Source of the DNA: an uncultured Chitinophagales bacterium
GTDB lineage: Bacteria > Bacteroidota > Bacteroidia > Chitinophagales > JADIYW01
Assembly (NCBI GenBank): GCA_964472755.1
Contig: CAYYMF010000001.1
Location: 2,381 to 66,380, forward strand
DNA length: 64,000 bases
Reading direction: 5' to 3'
Shown: piece by piece, positions 1 through 8,794 of the stretch
How the letters are laid out: each line of letters opens with the position of its first letter
How positions within the stretch are numbered: the first letter of the stretch is position 1
Program-made: the position numbers and the translations under genes
Notes under the pieces: generated by a model
What the model was told of the DNA's origin: nothing
Databases searched by the model: none
The model's input: the letters and a program-made list of their open reading frames with translations, nothing else

Positions 1-540
1 GAAAAATCATTCGATAAAATAATAAAGAAGATAACACCACAACAAACAAATGATTTGGTTAAGTCGCATTATTTTTTTGAGTTTTTAAATATAGAACAGC
101 CACATTTGATAGAAGAAAGTGCATTAGAGCAAGCACTTATTCAAAATTTAAAACAGTTTATTACAGAACTTGGTAATGGGTTTTGCTTTGAAGCCCGACA
201 AAAACGTATATTGATTGGCGATGAATATTATTTTATAGATTTAGTTTTTTATCATCGTATTTTAAAATGTCATATTTTGATAGAATTAAAAACAGAAATA
301 GCCAAACATGAACATATAGGACAATTGAAAACGTATCTAAATTATTACAAAAAAAATATTCAAGAAGTAAATGACAATCCACCTGTCGGAATTTTGCTGG
401 TTACCAATCAAAACAAGGCATTGGTGGAATATGCTATTGCTGACAGCGATTTAGATATTTTTGTAAGTAAGTACCAGCTTCAATTACCAGATAAAGTAGA
501 ATTGGAAACATTTATTAATAACGAATTAAAAAATAGATAA
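1..540 (+). CDS. YhcG/DUF1016-family PDDEXK nuclease, C-terminal part (5' end outside the window)
   Basis: Frame 1 is open from base 1 (EKSFDKIIKK...), so the ORF-track Met at 55 is not the true start. The block LVKSHYFFEFL...ELGNGFCFEARQKRILIGDEYYFIDLVFYHRILKCHILIELK matches the YhcG-type restriction-endonuclease-like core. Confidence 0.8.
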   Translation, partial: EKSFDKIIKKITPQQTNDLVKSHYFFEFLNIEQPHLIEESALEQALIQNLKQFITELGNGFCFEARQKRILIGDEYYFIDLVFYHRILKCHILIELKTEIAKHEHIGQLKTYLNYYKKNIQEVNDNPPVGILLVTNQNKALVEYAIADSDLDIFVSKYQLQLPDKVELETFINNELKNR

Positions 541-594
541 AAAGTGATAAGGGAAGACAAGAATTATTGTGTATCAATCAATAAACCAAACAGC

Positions 595-632
595 GAACGT
601 CATTTCGACGTTAGGAAGAATTTCTTTTTAGC
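595..632. repeat. Half copy of a palindromic intergenic repeat (gtcatYtcgac...agaNNtctcttt family)
   Basis: gaacgtcatttcgacgttaggaagaatttcttttt resembles gtcatctcgaccagagggagagatctctttt at 19039-19069. It contains the small hairpin aacgtc/gacgtt. Confidence 0.5.
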
Positions 633-715
633 ATGATGAAACTTGAAACAGATTCAGCTCCGCTGAATTGCTGTTTATTCTGCTGGTAAATTCGATAAAA
701 ATCAAAATTTTGAAA

Positions 716-1948
716 ATGAGTGAAGAACAAAAAGTGCATAAAGAACAAACCACAAGGAGTATTGGTTATATCGAATCTATTGATGGAATTAGAGGGTTGT
801 TTATGCTTTCAGTATTATTAGTTCATCTTCATTTAATTCATTTCAAAATTCCAGCATTTCTTGCTCAATTTAGTTTACATTTATTTTTTGTTCTTTCGGC
901 TTTTTTAATCAGTAGTATTTTATACAAGCAAAAAGAAAAATCTAAGGATTTTAAATTATTTGCTAAGGATTTCTATATCAAAAGAGCTTTGAGAATTTTG
1001 CCATTATATTGGGCATATATTACTTTTTGGGGTGTAATTGGTTTTGTTTTACGCAAACCAACCCACGATATATTAGGAGTGATGTATGATTTAAAACATT
1101 ATGGTTGGATGTTAATGACTTTTACATTCAATTATCGTGAATTATTTGCATGGTCTCAAGACTTAAATCACCTTAGATGTCACCTATTCCCTCATTTATG
1201 GTCAATTTCTATTGAAGAACAATTTTATTTAATAATACCAACTGTAATTTTTTTTTTAAATAAAAAAACAATTAAAATAATTTCTATTGTTATTATTCTT
1301 GTGTATCCATTAATCAGAATTTTTGGATTTATTTATTTGCAAGATGTTGTTCAGATGAAAGCGAGTTTTGGTGAAGAAAGTAATGTATTGTTTAATTTTT
1401 TCTATCGTTCTAGTTTATTTCAATTTGATGCTTTTTTTTATGGCTTATTAATCCCTTTAGTTAAAATTGATAGAAAACAATGGTTATACATTCTTTTTAT
1501 TTTTTTTATTTTAATTTTGATTGCATCTCAAACATACAGTGCATTTCAATATTCTGTTGCTCATAATGAGACCTTTATCAATTCAATCGCAAATCCTATG
1601 ATATTATATAAGAATGGACAATTTATGTCTATCAATACAATGTATAATTTAATTGGTTTTTGTTTAGTATATATTGCGGTTTATTACCCTAATTCTTCTT
1701 TTAATATTTTATATAAAATTACTTTCTTTAAGAAAATTGGAAAAATTGTATATGGATTTTATATTTATCATCCAGTTTTTGCATTGTTAACGTTAGCACT
1801 TTATTATGGCTTTTTAGTAAAAGTAATTCCGAATATTTTAGCAGATATAATAGCTATTGCAATCTGTACAACAGCTACTTATTATTTTGCCAAATTAAGC
1901 TATTATAAATTTGAAATCTATTTCTTGAACCTGAAATCTAAAAAGTAG
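716..1948 (+). CDS. Acyltransferase family 3 membrane protein (polysaccharide O-acyltransferase-like)
   Basis: About 10 hydrophobic segments. The N-terminal motif IDGIRGLFMLSVLLVHL is typical of Acyl_transf_3. ATG at 716 is preferred over the TTG at 668 used by the ORF track. Confidence 0.75.
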   Translation: MSEEQKVHKEQTTRSIGYIESIDGIRGLFMLSVLLVHLHLIHFKIPAFLAQFSLHLFFVLSAFLISSILYKQKEKSKDFKLFAKDFYIKRALRILPLYWAYITFWGVIGFVLRKPTHDILGVMYDLKHYGWMLMTFTFNYRELFAWSQDLNHLRCHLFPHLWSISIEEQFYLIIPTVIFFLNKKTIKIISIVIILVYPLIRIFGFIYLQDVVQMKASFGEESNVLFNFFYRSSLFQFDAFFYGLLIPLVKIDRKQWLYILFIFFILILIASQTYSAFQYSVAHNETFINSIANPMILYKNGQFMSINTMYNLIGFCLVYIAVYYPNSSFNILYKITFFKKIGKIVYGFYIYHPVFALLTLALYYGFLVKVIPNILADIIAIAICTTATYYFAKLSYYKFEIYFLNLKSKK

Positions 1949-1969
1949 TTTTTCAAAAAATATAAAATA

Positions 1970-1997
1970 AAAAAACCACAGAAATGCTGTGGTTTTA
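1970..1997. terminator. Bidirectional rho-independent terminator
   Basis: Stem ccacag (1976-1981) / ctgtgg (1987-1992) with loop aaatg. An A-run precedes it and a T-run follows. Confidence 0.7.
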
Positions 1998-2042
1998 ATT
2001 TAAAATCAAATCTGATATTGTATCAGTCTCTGAAATATGGAG

Positions 2043-2127
2043 CGGAGAGAGAGGGATTCGAACCCCCGGACCTGTTACAGTCAACGGTTTTCAAGACCGC
2101 CGCATTAAACCGCTCTGCCATCTCTCC
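2043..2127 (-). tRNA. tRNA-Ser (anticodon UGA)
   Basis: The reverse complement reads GGAGAGATGGCAGAGCGGTTTAATGCGGCGGTCTTGAAAACCGTTGACTGTAACAGGTCCGGGGGTTCGAATCCCTCTCTCTCCG. It has a 7-bp acceptor stem, anticodon loop CTTGAAA, a long variable arm and a TTCGAAT T-loop. CCA is not encoded. Confidence 0.93.
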
Positions 2128-2181
2128 GAGTGCAAAGATAGAATATTTTTTATTATTGTAAATTAAATTTTTGTTGCTTAC

Positions 2182-2625
2182 TTATTTTTTCACCATTTCA
2201 GTATGTGGCAAATGGTCTTCAATGTATTCAGCACTATTAACAACAAATCCAAATTTTTCGTAAAAAGGAATTAAATAAGATTGTGCACTAATCTTGATAG
2301 GCATTTCTGGATATAACAATTCTATTTTTTGCATGACTTCTTGCATCAATAAAATCCCAAATTTTGTGTTTCTTAACTTTGGAGCAACAACAACTCTTCC
2401 AAATGAAGTAAAATCAGGATATGAAATACCATCAGGTATTAAACGAGCATAAGCCACTAATTTATCTTCGTAAAATCCTAAAAGATGTTTTGCTTTTTGG
2501 TCTTTGTCGTCTAAATCTTTATAGACAACATTTTGTTCAATAATAAAAACTTCTTCCCTGAGTTGTAAAATAGCATACAACTGATGTGCATTGAGTTCCT
2601 CAAATGATTTTAATATAAAGTGCAT
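2182..2625 (-). CDS. GNAT family N-acetyltransferase (ElaA-like)
   Basis: MHFILKSFEELNAHQLYAILQLREEVFIIEQN... is the ElaA-type N-terminus. The ORF-track start at 2727 would overlap the upstream gene by about 100 nt, so the ATG at 2625 is preferred. Confidence 0.8.
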   Translation of the reverse strand: MHFILKSFEELNAHQLYAILQLREEVFIIEQNVVYKDLDDKDQKAKHLLGFYEDKLVAYARLIPDGISYPDFTSFGRVVVAPKLRNTKFGILLMQEVMQKIELLYPEMPIKISAQSYLIPFYEKFGFVVNSAEYIEDHLPHTEMVKK

Positions 2626-2630
2626 ATAAT

Positions 2631-3041
2631 TTATTCTCCGTAATATTCTACAAATATGTTTTCTGTTTCTACCAATTTCACACAATGCAATTGTGCATCT
2701 GTGATTAATGGATTTAAGATGTTCCAAATAATAATAGCTAAGTTTTCTGTTGATGGCATCATAGTTTTTGGAATAATATCGACATCTAAATTCAAATTTT
2801 TATGGTCTAATTTCTCTGTTATTTCCTTTTTTATAAGCCTACTTAAATCTTTGACATTCATAATGAAACCAGTATCCAAATTGGGTTTGCCTTTTACGGT
2901 TATAAATAATTCATAATTATGTCCGTGCCAATTTTTATTAGCACATTTTCCAAAAACTTCAGTATTCTGTTCTGCTGTCCATTTATTATTATATAATTTA
3001 TGAGCAGCATTAAATGTTTCTCTTCTTGTTAGATAAACCAC
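2631..3041 (-). CDS. queD: 6-carboxytetrahydropterin / 6-pyruvoyl-tetrahydropterin synthase family protein
   Basis: FNAAHKL...WHGHNYEL...GFIMNVKDL are PTPS/QueD His and catalytic motifs. GTG start. Confidence 0.85.
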   Translation of the reverse strand: MVYLTRRETFNAAHKLYNNKWTAEQNTEVFGKCANKNWHGHNYELFITVKGKPNLDTGFIMNVKDLSRLIKKEITEKLDHKNLNLDVDIIPKTMMPSTENLAIIIWNILNPLITDAQLHCVKLVETENIFVEYYGE

Positions 3042-3165
3042 ATCACAAAATTAATGAATCTTATAATTATACAATATTAAAAATAGGTATATTATACAAT
3101 ATTTTAATATAGAGAATACTATAAAAAAAATTGAATTTACAGTATAATTATAGCTATTGTATATT

Positions 3166-4226
3166 TTATTTTTTGTTCTTATCTATTAAATAGAATTTAT
3201 TTCTATTGTCTATATCTCCTAATTGTATAAGTTTGTCAATATTTTCTTTTACTAGTTTTACTAGTTCATAAGATACAACGCCCAAAGGTTTTGTTAGTCC
3301 ACGCATTGCTTATTCTACTTTTACCTTGCTTTTGGAAGCACACAACAAAAGTCCAATTGTCGGTTCATCTGCTAGTGTTTTTAATTTATCATCAATTGCA
3401 CTAATATAAAAATTGAGCTTGGAAATGTATTCAGGTAAAAATTCGCCTGCCTTTAACTCTATTATAACATAAGTATGTAAAATGGTATGATAGAAAAGTA
3501 AATCAATTTTATAATCAGTATTATCTACTTCAACTTTATATTGTTTGCCAACAAATGCAAAACCTTTACCTAATTCTAAAAGAAAGTCAGAAATCTTTTG
3601 TATTAATAGATTTTCTACTTCTGCCTCTTTAACTTTTCTAGAAAGCATTAAAAAATCGAAATTGTAAGGGTCTTTGAAAATACTTTTAGCCAAATCAGAT
3701 TGATAGCTTGGTAGTGTTGTTTCAAAATTATTTAAGGCTTTTCCATCTCTTTCATAAAGTTTATTTTGTATTTGCAATAACATTACATCTCTACTCCATT
3801 CATTTTTAGTTGTTTCTACAATGTAAAATGCCCTTGCTGCTAGTTAATAGACTTATATGATGATACCATGTTATTTGTACGAGTGATACTTGCACAAATT
3901 CATCTTGCGATTGTGCAAGTGGAATTTGCACAAATGGAAATTTTGGATAAGCTTCGGCAAAAGCTCTCATATATTTAAGGTTTCTTAGTGAAAATCCTGA
4001 ATTATTGGGGAAGTTTTTAGCTAAATCAATAGCTAAAGATCAACTACTTTACTACCCAACCTTTTTTATTTTGTTTTTCAAGAATAGAATGTCCAATTTC
4101 CCAATAAAGTGTGAGCATTTCTGAATTTATCTTAATGACAGCATTGGTTTGGGCAAGTTTTATTTTCAAAGTAATAAACTCAGCCCAATTCTCGTATTCT
4201 TGCTGTTGATAAACGTTTTTGCTCAT
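3166..4226 (-). pseudogene. Decayed YhcG/DUF1016 PDDEXK nuclease gene
   Basis: The N-terminal ORF is 4044-4226. The middle (3784-4043) is readable only by changing frame at least three times (..GSKVVDL / LAIDLAKNFPNNSGFSLRNLKYMRAFAEAYPKFPFVQ.. / ..AFYIVETTKNEWSRDVM..). The PDDEXK core ORF is 3310-3783. An in-frame TAA at 3310-3312 sits where the family has Tyr (VE*AMRGLTKPLGV), and 47 further in-frame codons run to the TAA at 3166-3168. Confidence 0.85.
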
Positions 4227-4330
4227 TTTATTTTCTCCAATTCATTATTGTTATATGATTAAAAAGCCAATTCGTATTAAAATATAAAATTATATTTGAT
4301 TTAATTATCTATTGATAGAACTCAACACTC

Positions 4331-5260
4331 CTAATCTTCTAAATTACTCTCTTTGATTACATAGTTTGGTCTGTCTTTTACATTGTCCAAAATTCTTCCA
4401 ATATATTCGCCAATAATTCCTAAACAAATTAATTGAACACCACCCAAAAACAAGACACTTAGCATAATTGATGTCCAACCTTGAACGGTATTGTTGTTCC
4501 AATATTTTTGATAAACAGAATATATGATAACTGCAAAAGCCGTCAATGAAATTAGAAATCCTGCATAAGTAGCCAAGTGCAAAGGACGGTTAGAAAATGA
4601 AACAATTCCATCATAAGCAAACTTAAACATTTGAGCATAGGAATAATTAGTTTTGCCACTACGTCTGCCTTTTCTTTCAAAAGGAACACCAATCTGCTTA
4701 AATCCAGCCCAAGCAATTTGACCACGAATGAATTTATTTTGCTCTGGCATACTACAAATGACGTCTTTTACTTTTTTTGAAATCATTCGATAATCGCCAG
4801 TATCTTCTGGAATATAGACATCAGATAATTTATTGATGAAGCGATAAAAAAGTTTAGCAGAAGTAAGTTTTAGCCACGTTTCATCAGAGCGATAGGTTCT
4901 TTGTGCAAAAACAACTTCATATCCTTCTATAAATTTTTCATATAACTTTTCAATCAATTGTGGAGGATCTTGCAAATCAGCATCTATAATAACAATCGCA
5001 TCGCCACTTGATTTTTCTAAACCCGCAAAAACAGCATTTTGATGTCCAAAATTTTTGCTAAAATGAATATACTTTACATTTTTATCTTGTTCTGCTAGAA
5101 TCTGAATGTTTTTATAAGATAAATCCGTGCTGCCATCATCAATATATAGAAATTCATAACTTGAACCAATTTTTTGGATAGTAGTCAATAGTTCTTGATA
5201 CAAAGGAAAAACATTTCCTTCCTCGTTATGCACTGGTATGACAACAGAAATTTTCAACAA
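4331..5260 (-). CDS. GT2 polyprenyl-phosphate glycosyltransferase (GtrB/ArnC/DPM1-like)
   Basis: GT-A motifs VVIPVHNEE, DDGSTD and DADLQDP (DxD), plus two C-terminal TM helices. This is the architecture of enzymes that make polyprenyl-P-sugars. Confidence 0.85.
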   Translation of the reverse strand: MLKISVVIPVHNEEGNVFPLYQELLTTIQKIGSSYEFLYIDDGSTDLSYKNIQILAEQDKNVKYIHFSKNFGHQNAVFAGLEKSSGDAIVIIDADLQDPPQLIEKLYEKFIEGYEVVFAQRTYRSDETWLKLTSAKLFYRFINKLSDVYIPEDTGDYRMISKKVKDVICSMPEQNKFIRGQIAWAGFKQIGVPFERKGRRSGKTNYSYAQMFKFAYDGIVSFSNRPLHLATYAGFLISLTAFAVIIYSVYQKYWNNNTVQGWTSIMLSVLFLGGVQLICLGIIGEYIGRILDNVKDRPNYVIKESNLED

Positions 5261-5283
5261 GCTAAAATTAATAAATAAAAAAT

Positions 5284-6411
5284 TTAGATTTCAGCTAATT
5301 TCGACAAAAATCTATCAATATAATTACTCCAAGTAAAATCTTTTACAGCAAGGTGTGCGTTCTGACATAATGTAGTATAATTTTTATCTTGGATAATAGA
5401 TAATATATCATCAGATAATGTTTCTGGCGATTGATTATATACACCAAAATTTATCTTTTTATCAAATGTTTCTACGAAATCATCATAAGGAATTGTAATA
5501 ACAGGATTGTAGAAATACATAGCTTCAATCACTGATGAAAACCCACTCCACTTAGGCGTCGTATTGATAATCATTTTAGAAGATTCCATTAAATCATAAT
5601 AAGTAGAACTGTCTTTTTCGTTGTCTTTATCTAAATAACCATAGCAAGTTACAAAGTTAGGTAGTTTAGAAAAATCACTTTTTTTCATACCTACAATATG
5701 AATTTCTAAGTGATGATTTTGTAGTCGAAGCTTTTCAATAGCTTCAATTAAGAGCAAAACACCTGCTTTATACTTTATTGTTCCGATAAATAGAATTTTA
5801 TTGGAGTTTATTTTTTGTGCCAAGATAGTATCTGCATTTTTTGCTACTTTGGCATTGATAAAATAACCACCTAAATAAAAAATATTTCTATTGTTATAAC
5901 TGTTTTTTATGATTTCTGCCATTTTTGGAAACATTACAAATACGGCATCTGCGGTTTCAATACATTTATTTTCTGCATCAATAAAAGTTTGTTCTAATTT
6001 TCCTGGTTTTCTTTTTTTAAAATGAGGAAAATAATGCTCATAAGTCCAATCGCCAAATAATATAGTAGGTTTGTCGGAATAGGGTTTTGCAGAAAAGCTA
6101 AAATTTAAAAATAAATTGGCATCAGCATTTGGAAATTTTTTTATTGCAGATTGAATGATTTTGTTTGCAAAAAACCGATTGATAGGCGTTCTATAATAGT
6201 CAAAAGCATTGTGCTGTTTGGTTTTTTTTAAACCTTTATCAATGGTAAAATTATAAATATTTTTTAGGATTTTATTCGGTTGTGTATTAATGCGATTGAC
6301 TTTTATGCCTTTTTCTTTTAATGTTTCTGTAAAGAAATAAGGGAAATTTGACCAAGTACTCAATTTTCCAGCATCACCATTTGTAAAAACATTGATTTCT
6401 TTGAGTTGCAT
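5284..6411 (-). CDS. GT-B fold glycosyltransferase (GT4-like)
   Basis: The C-terminal half carries the GT-B signature ...SGFSSVIEAMYFYNPVI.... It lies 23 nt upstream of the GT2 gene on the same strand. Confidence 0.65.
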   Translation of the reverse strand: MQLKEINVFTNGDAGKLSTWSNFPYFFTETLKEKGIKVNRINTQPNKILKNIYNFTIDKGLKKTKQHNAFDYYRTPINRFFANKIIQSAIKKFPNADANLFLNFSFSAKPYSDKPTILFGDWTYEHYFPHFKKRKPGKLEQTFIDAENKCIETADAVFVMFPKMAEIIKNSYNNRNIFYLGGYFINAKVAKNADTILAQKINSNKILFIGTIKYKAGVLLLIEAIEKLRLQNHHLEIHIVGMKKSDFSKLPNFVTCYGYLDKDNEKDSSTYYDLMESSKMIINTTPKWSGFSSVIEAMYFYNPVITIPYDDFVETFDKKINFGVYNQSPETLSDDILSIIQDKNYTTLCQNAHLAVKDFTWSNYIDRFLSKLAEI

Positions 6412-6420
6412 TATAGTATT

Positions 6421-7470
6421 TTAGAGATGAAATAAATTAATGTTGGAATTAATCCATATTTTATAGGATATTCCTAAAGGAATTCCTAATACAATTGTTG
6501 TAAATAGAAATATTTTAAATGTTTTCAAGGAAAATGTATCATATCTAAGACAATATAACATTGCTAAAAAATAAACAAAACATATCCATCGAAACCAATC
6601 AGCTGCGATAAAACAAATTAACAAAGGAAATATACATAACCACTTAAAATCAAGAAAAGGTTTTGAAAATAATTTTTTGAATGAAGTAATAAGTATAATA
6701 ATATATATTATCATAAAACAAAATACATAAAACATATTATAAGCCTTAAAAACATATAAAACATTATCTATTACAGAACTTTCTTGTGGAATATGGTAAG
6801 TCTCAGGCACATCAGACATTTGCAATTTTATATTAGCTAAATGAATAGCCTGTGCTTTTGATATTTTATTTGCAAGGAAAATAACAGATAAGAAAACAAC
6901 TGAATGTAATATTGAGAATAGCCATTTATTTTGTTTATTCATTTTTAAAAAAAAGATTGGAACTAATAAAAAATAAATGCCTTCATGAATAAACAAACCC
7001 AAGATACTAATTGAAATTGCAATAAAGAATTTGTTATGATGAAGTAAGATAAATATGAGTAAACAAAAAGTTTGCAATATAATATCAAATCTTAAGGCAT
7101 CTAATGCAAAATGTGGAATCCCAAAGAATAAAAATAAAAAACTTATTAAAAATAATGTCTTGTCCTTTATGTTATAAATATTTACGATATAGCAAATTAA
7201 ATAAGTATAAAAAGCAATAGAAATATTGCATAAGATATATAAGAATACTAAAGGGTTTAACTTAAAGAAAGATGTAATGCTTGGAATTAAACCTCTTGTT
7301 ATATATCCACAATCTTGATAAGTAAATGCAAATTGATAAAGTTGAATATCATTTATCCAAAATCCAGAGAGCCAGTAACGTGTATAAATAATAATATTGT
7401 AAGAAAGTATAGTACAAACAATCCAAATAAAAATATTTCTATTTTGTATCTTTTCTGTCTGTTCTTTCAT
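6421..7470 (-). CDS. Polytopic membrane protein of unknown function (about 10 TM)
   Basis: Very hydrophobic 349-aa ORF, 9 nt upstream of the GT4-like gene. I recognise no family motif. Confidence 0.6.
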   Translation of the reverse strand: MKEQTEKIQNRNIFIWIVCTILSYNIIIYTRYWLSGFWINDIQLYQFAFTYQDCGYITRGLIPSITSFFKLNPLVFLYILCNISIAFYTYLICYIVNIYNIKDKTLFLISFLFLFFGIPHFALDALRFDIILQTFCLLIFILLHHNKFFIAISISILGLFIHEGIYFLLVPIFFLKMNKQNKWLFSILHSVVFLSVIFLANKISKAQAIHLANIKLQMSDVPETYHIPQESSVIDNVLYVFKAYNMFYVFCFMIIYIIILITSFKKLFSKPFLDFKWLCIFPLLICFIAADWFRWICFVYFLAMLYCLRYDTFSLKTFKIFLFTTIVLGIPLGISYKIWINSNINLFHL

Positions 7471-7588
7471 TTTATGAATATAATCTTTTTACTGTAAAAG
7501 ATAAATAAACATTGGAATTATTTCTATTTTATTATCCATTGCCAAAAAAATTCCTACTGTTATTGTAATGATTAAAATATAAACTCAT

Positions 7589-7985
7589 TTAAACTTTTAA
7601 CAAGAATAAAGCAAAAGCTAAATAATGCCAATTTAACCAAAGATTATCGCTTTTGTCAAATCGTATTAGTAGAGTTTTGAAACTATCTATCCAAGCAAAA
7701 CATCTTTCATTTACAAATCTAGTTTTGTATATTTAATTACTGTAAAAACACTTTTTCCTCATTTTTTATTTTTTCTGTATTTTCTTTGATGTTTGGAATT
7801 ATATTTCTACGTATTATAACTCGTCTAAGTCTCTTGCGATCAAAGCCTTTATCTGCATTTAGAATGCTATTTTGAACAAAAATGTTTTGCTATTCAACTC
7901 TTTTATCATTGCTCCAAATTGAGGAACCACACGATATTGGAATTCCTACTAAATATGGGACTAATCTAATAGGAGTCTCAATATT
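7589..7985 (-). mobile_element. IS5-family (IS4/IS5 superfamily) transposase remnant
   Basis: Minus-strand translation gives ..ILNADKGFDRKRLRRVIIRRNIIPNIKEN.. then, after a frame change and an in-frame stop, ..IYKTRFVNERCFAWIDSFKTLLIRFDKSDNLWLNWHYLAFALFLLKV*. This is the C-terminal DDE region of IS5-type transposases. The N-terminal half is missing. Confidence 0.7.
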
Positions 7986-7992
7986 GTTGTGT

Positions 7993-8672
7993 TCATCGAA
8001 TTAGGAAATCAAAATAGGTTTCAGGAAAGGGTTCGTTTTTCAAGGTATAATGCCACCATTCTTCTTCTATCGTTTTAAAACCATATTTTTCCATTAGAGT
8101 TCTTAGTTTTATTCTATTGGTAATTTGTTGTTCACTCAATAAGGTATAATCATGATGAGATTGTATTCCAAAGAAATCAAAGGCAGAACCCATATCTATT
8201 TCCTTTTTATTAGAAAGTTCAATAATCGTTAAATCAACAGTACTCCCTCTACTATGCCCAGATTTTTCAGCGATATAACCTAGTATAAATAAATCTTTCT
8301 TATCAACTTCTGGATAAAATTCACTTTTAGCAATTGTATCATCAATATTTTTTGTCCATTCCACAAAATTTTGTACCGCTCTTTGAGGTCGATAGGCATC
8401 AAAAACATAATCCCAATACCTTCTTGGTTTAATTCCTTTTGAACTTTTTGTAAGGCAATAGCTGCTTCTAAAGTAATGTATAGTTTATTTGCTTCATAAC
8501 CATTTACAGGTCGTCCGATAAAATTATGATTGCCTTTATATCTTAAATCTAATTCTAAATTCGGTATCAGCTTTTTTAAGTTTACGAAAGCAGAAGGAAT
8601 AGCATGATTTTTTTGACAGGATAATAAAATTATTAAGCCAAATAAACTGAATATTCTGGTAATATTACTCAT
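7993..8672 (-). pseudogene. VanX/DdpX-type D-Ala-D-Ala dipeptidase (M15 family), split by a 1-nt frameshift
   Basis: ORFs 8280-8672 and 7993-8364 overlap in different frames. One extra T in the T5 run (A5 on plus strand, 8401-8405) would give ...GIGIMFFDAYRPQRAVQNFVEWTKN...SGHSRGSTVDLT...EWWHY, a continuous VanX-like protein with a lipoprotein-type signal (LLSCQ). Confidence 0.8.
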
Positions 8673-8742
8673 TGCTTATTCTTTTTTATGCTTACAAAGT
8701 AAACCAATTTGTTTATAGAAATATCATTTTTAATGAGAATAA

Positions 8743-8773
8743 TAAAAAAGCCAAACTTATTAGTTTGGCTTTT
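8743..8773 (-). terminator. Rho-independent terminator downstream of cysN
   Basis: Stem gccaaac (8749-8755) / gtttggc (8762-8768). A T-run follows on the minus strand (plus-strand A-run 8743-8748). Confidence 0.7.
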
Positions 8774-8794
8774 TATAATTTATCTTTTTGATGA

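Noticed and set aside
2043-2127. tRNA-Ser as an integration site for a genomic island covering the neighbouring accessory genes
   Set aside because: There is no integrase gene in the window, and I found no direct repeat of the tRNA 3' end. The accessory-looking genes lie on the 5' side of the tRNA, whereas islands usually integrate at the 3' end.
2626-2727. 34-codon N-terminal extension of the GNAT ORF, overlapping the end of queD
   Set aside because: The family N-terminus (MHFILKSF.EL...LY.IL.LR..VF) starts at the ATG at 2625. The extension is Cys/Arg-rich and would overlap the upstream gene by about 100 nt.
3042-3165. preQ1 riboswitch upstream of queD
   Set aside because: Reading the minus strand, I could not find the conserved preQ1-I core (..AGAGGTTC..CTA..) or a plausible P1 hairpin. 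Only the AT-rich direct repeat, reported separately, is present.
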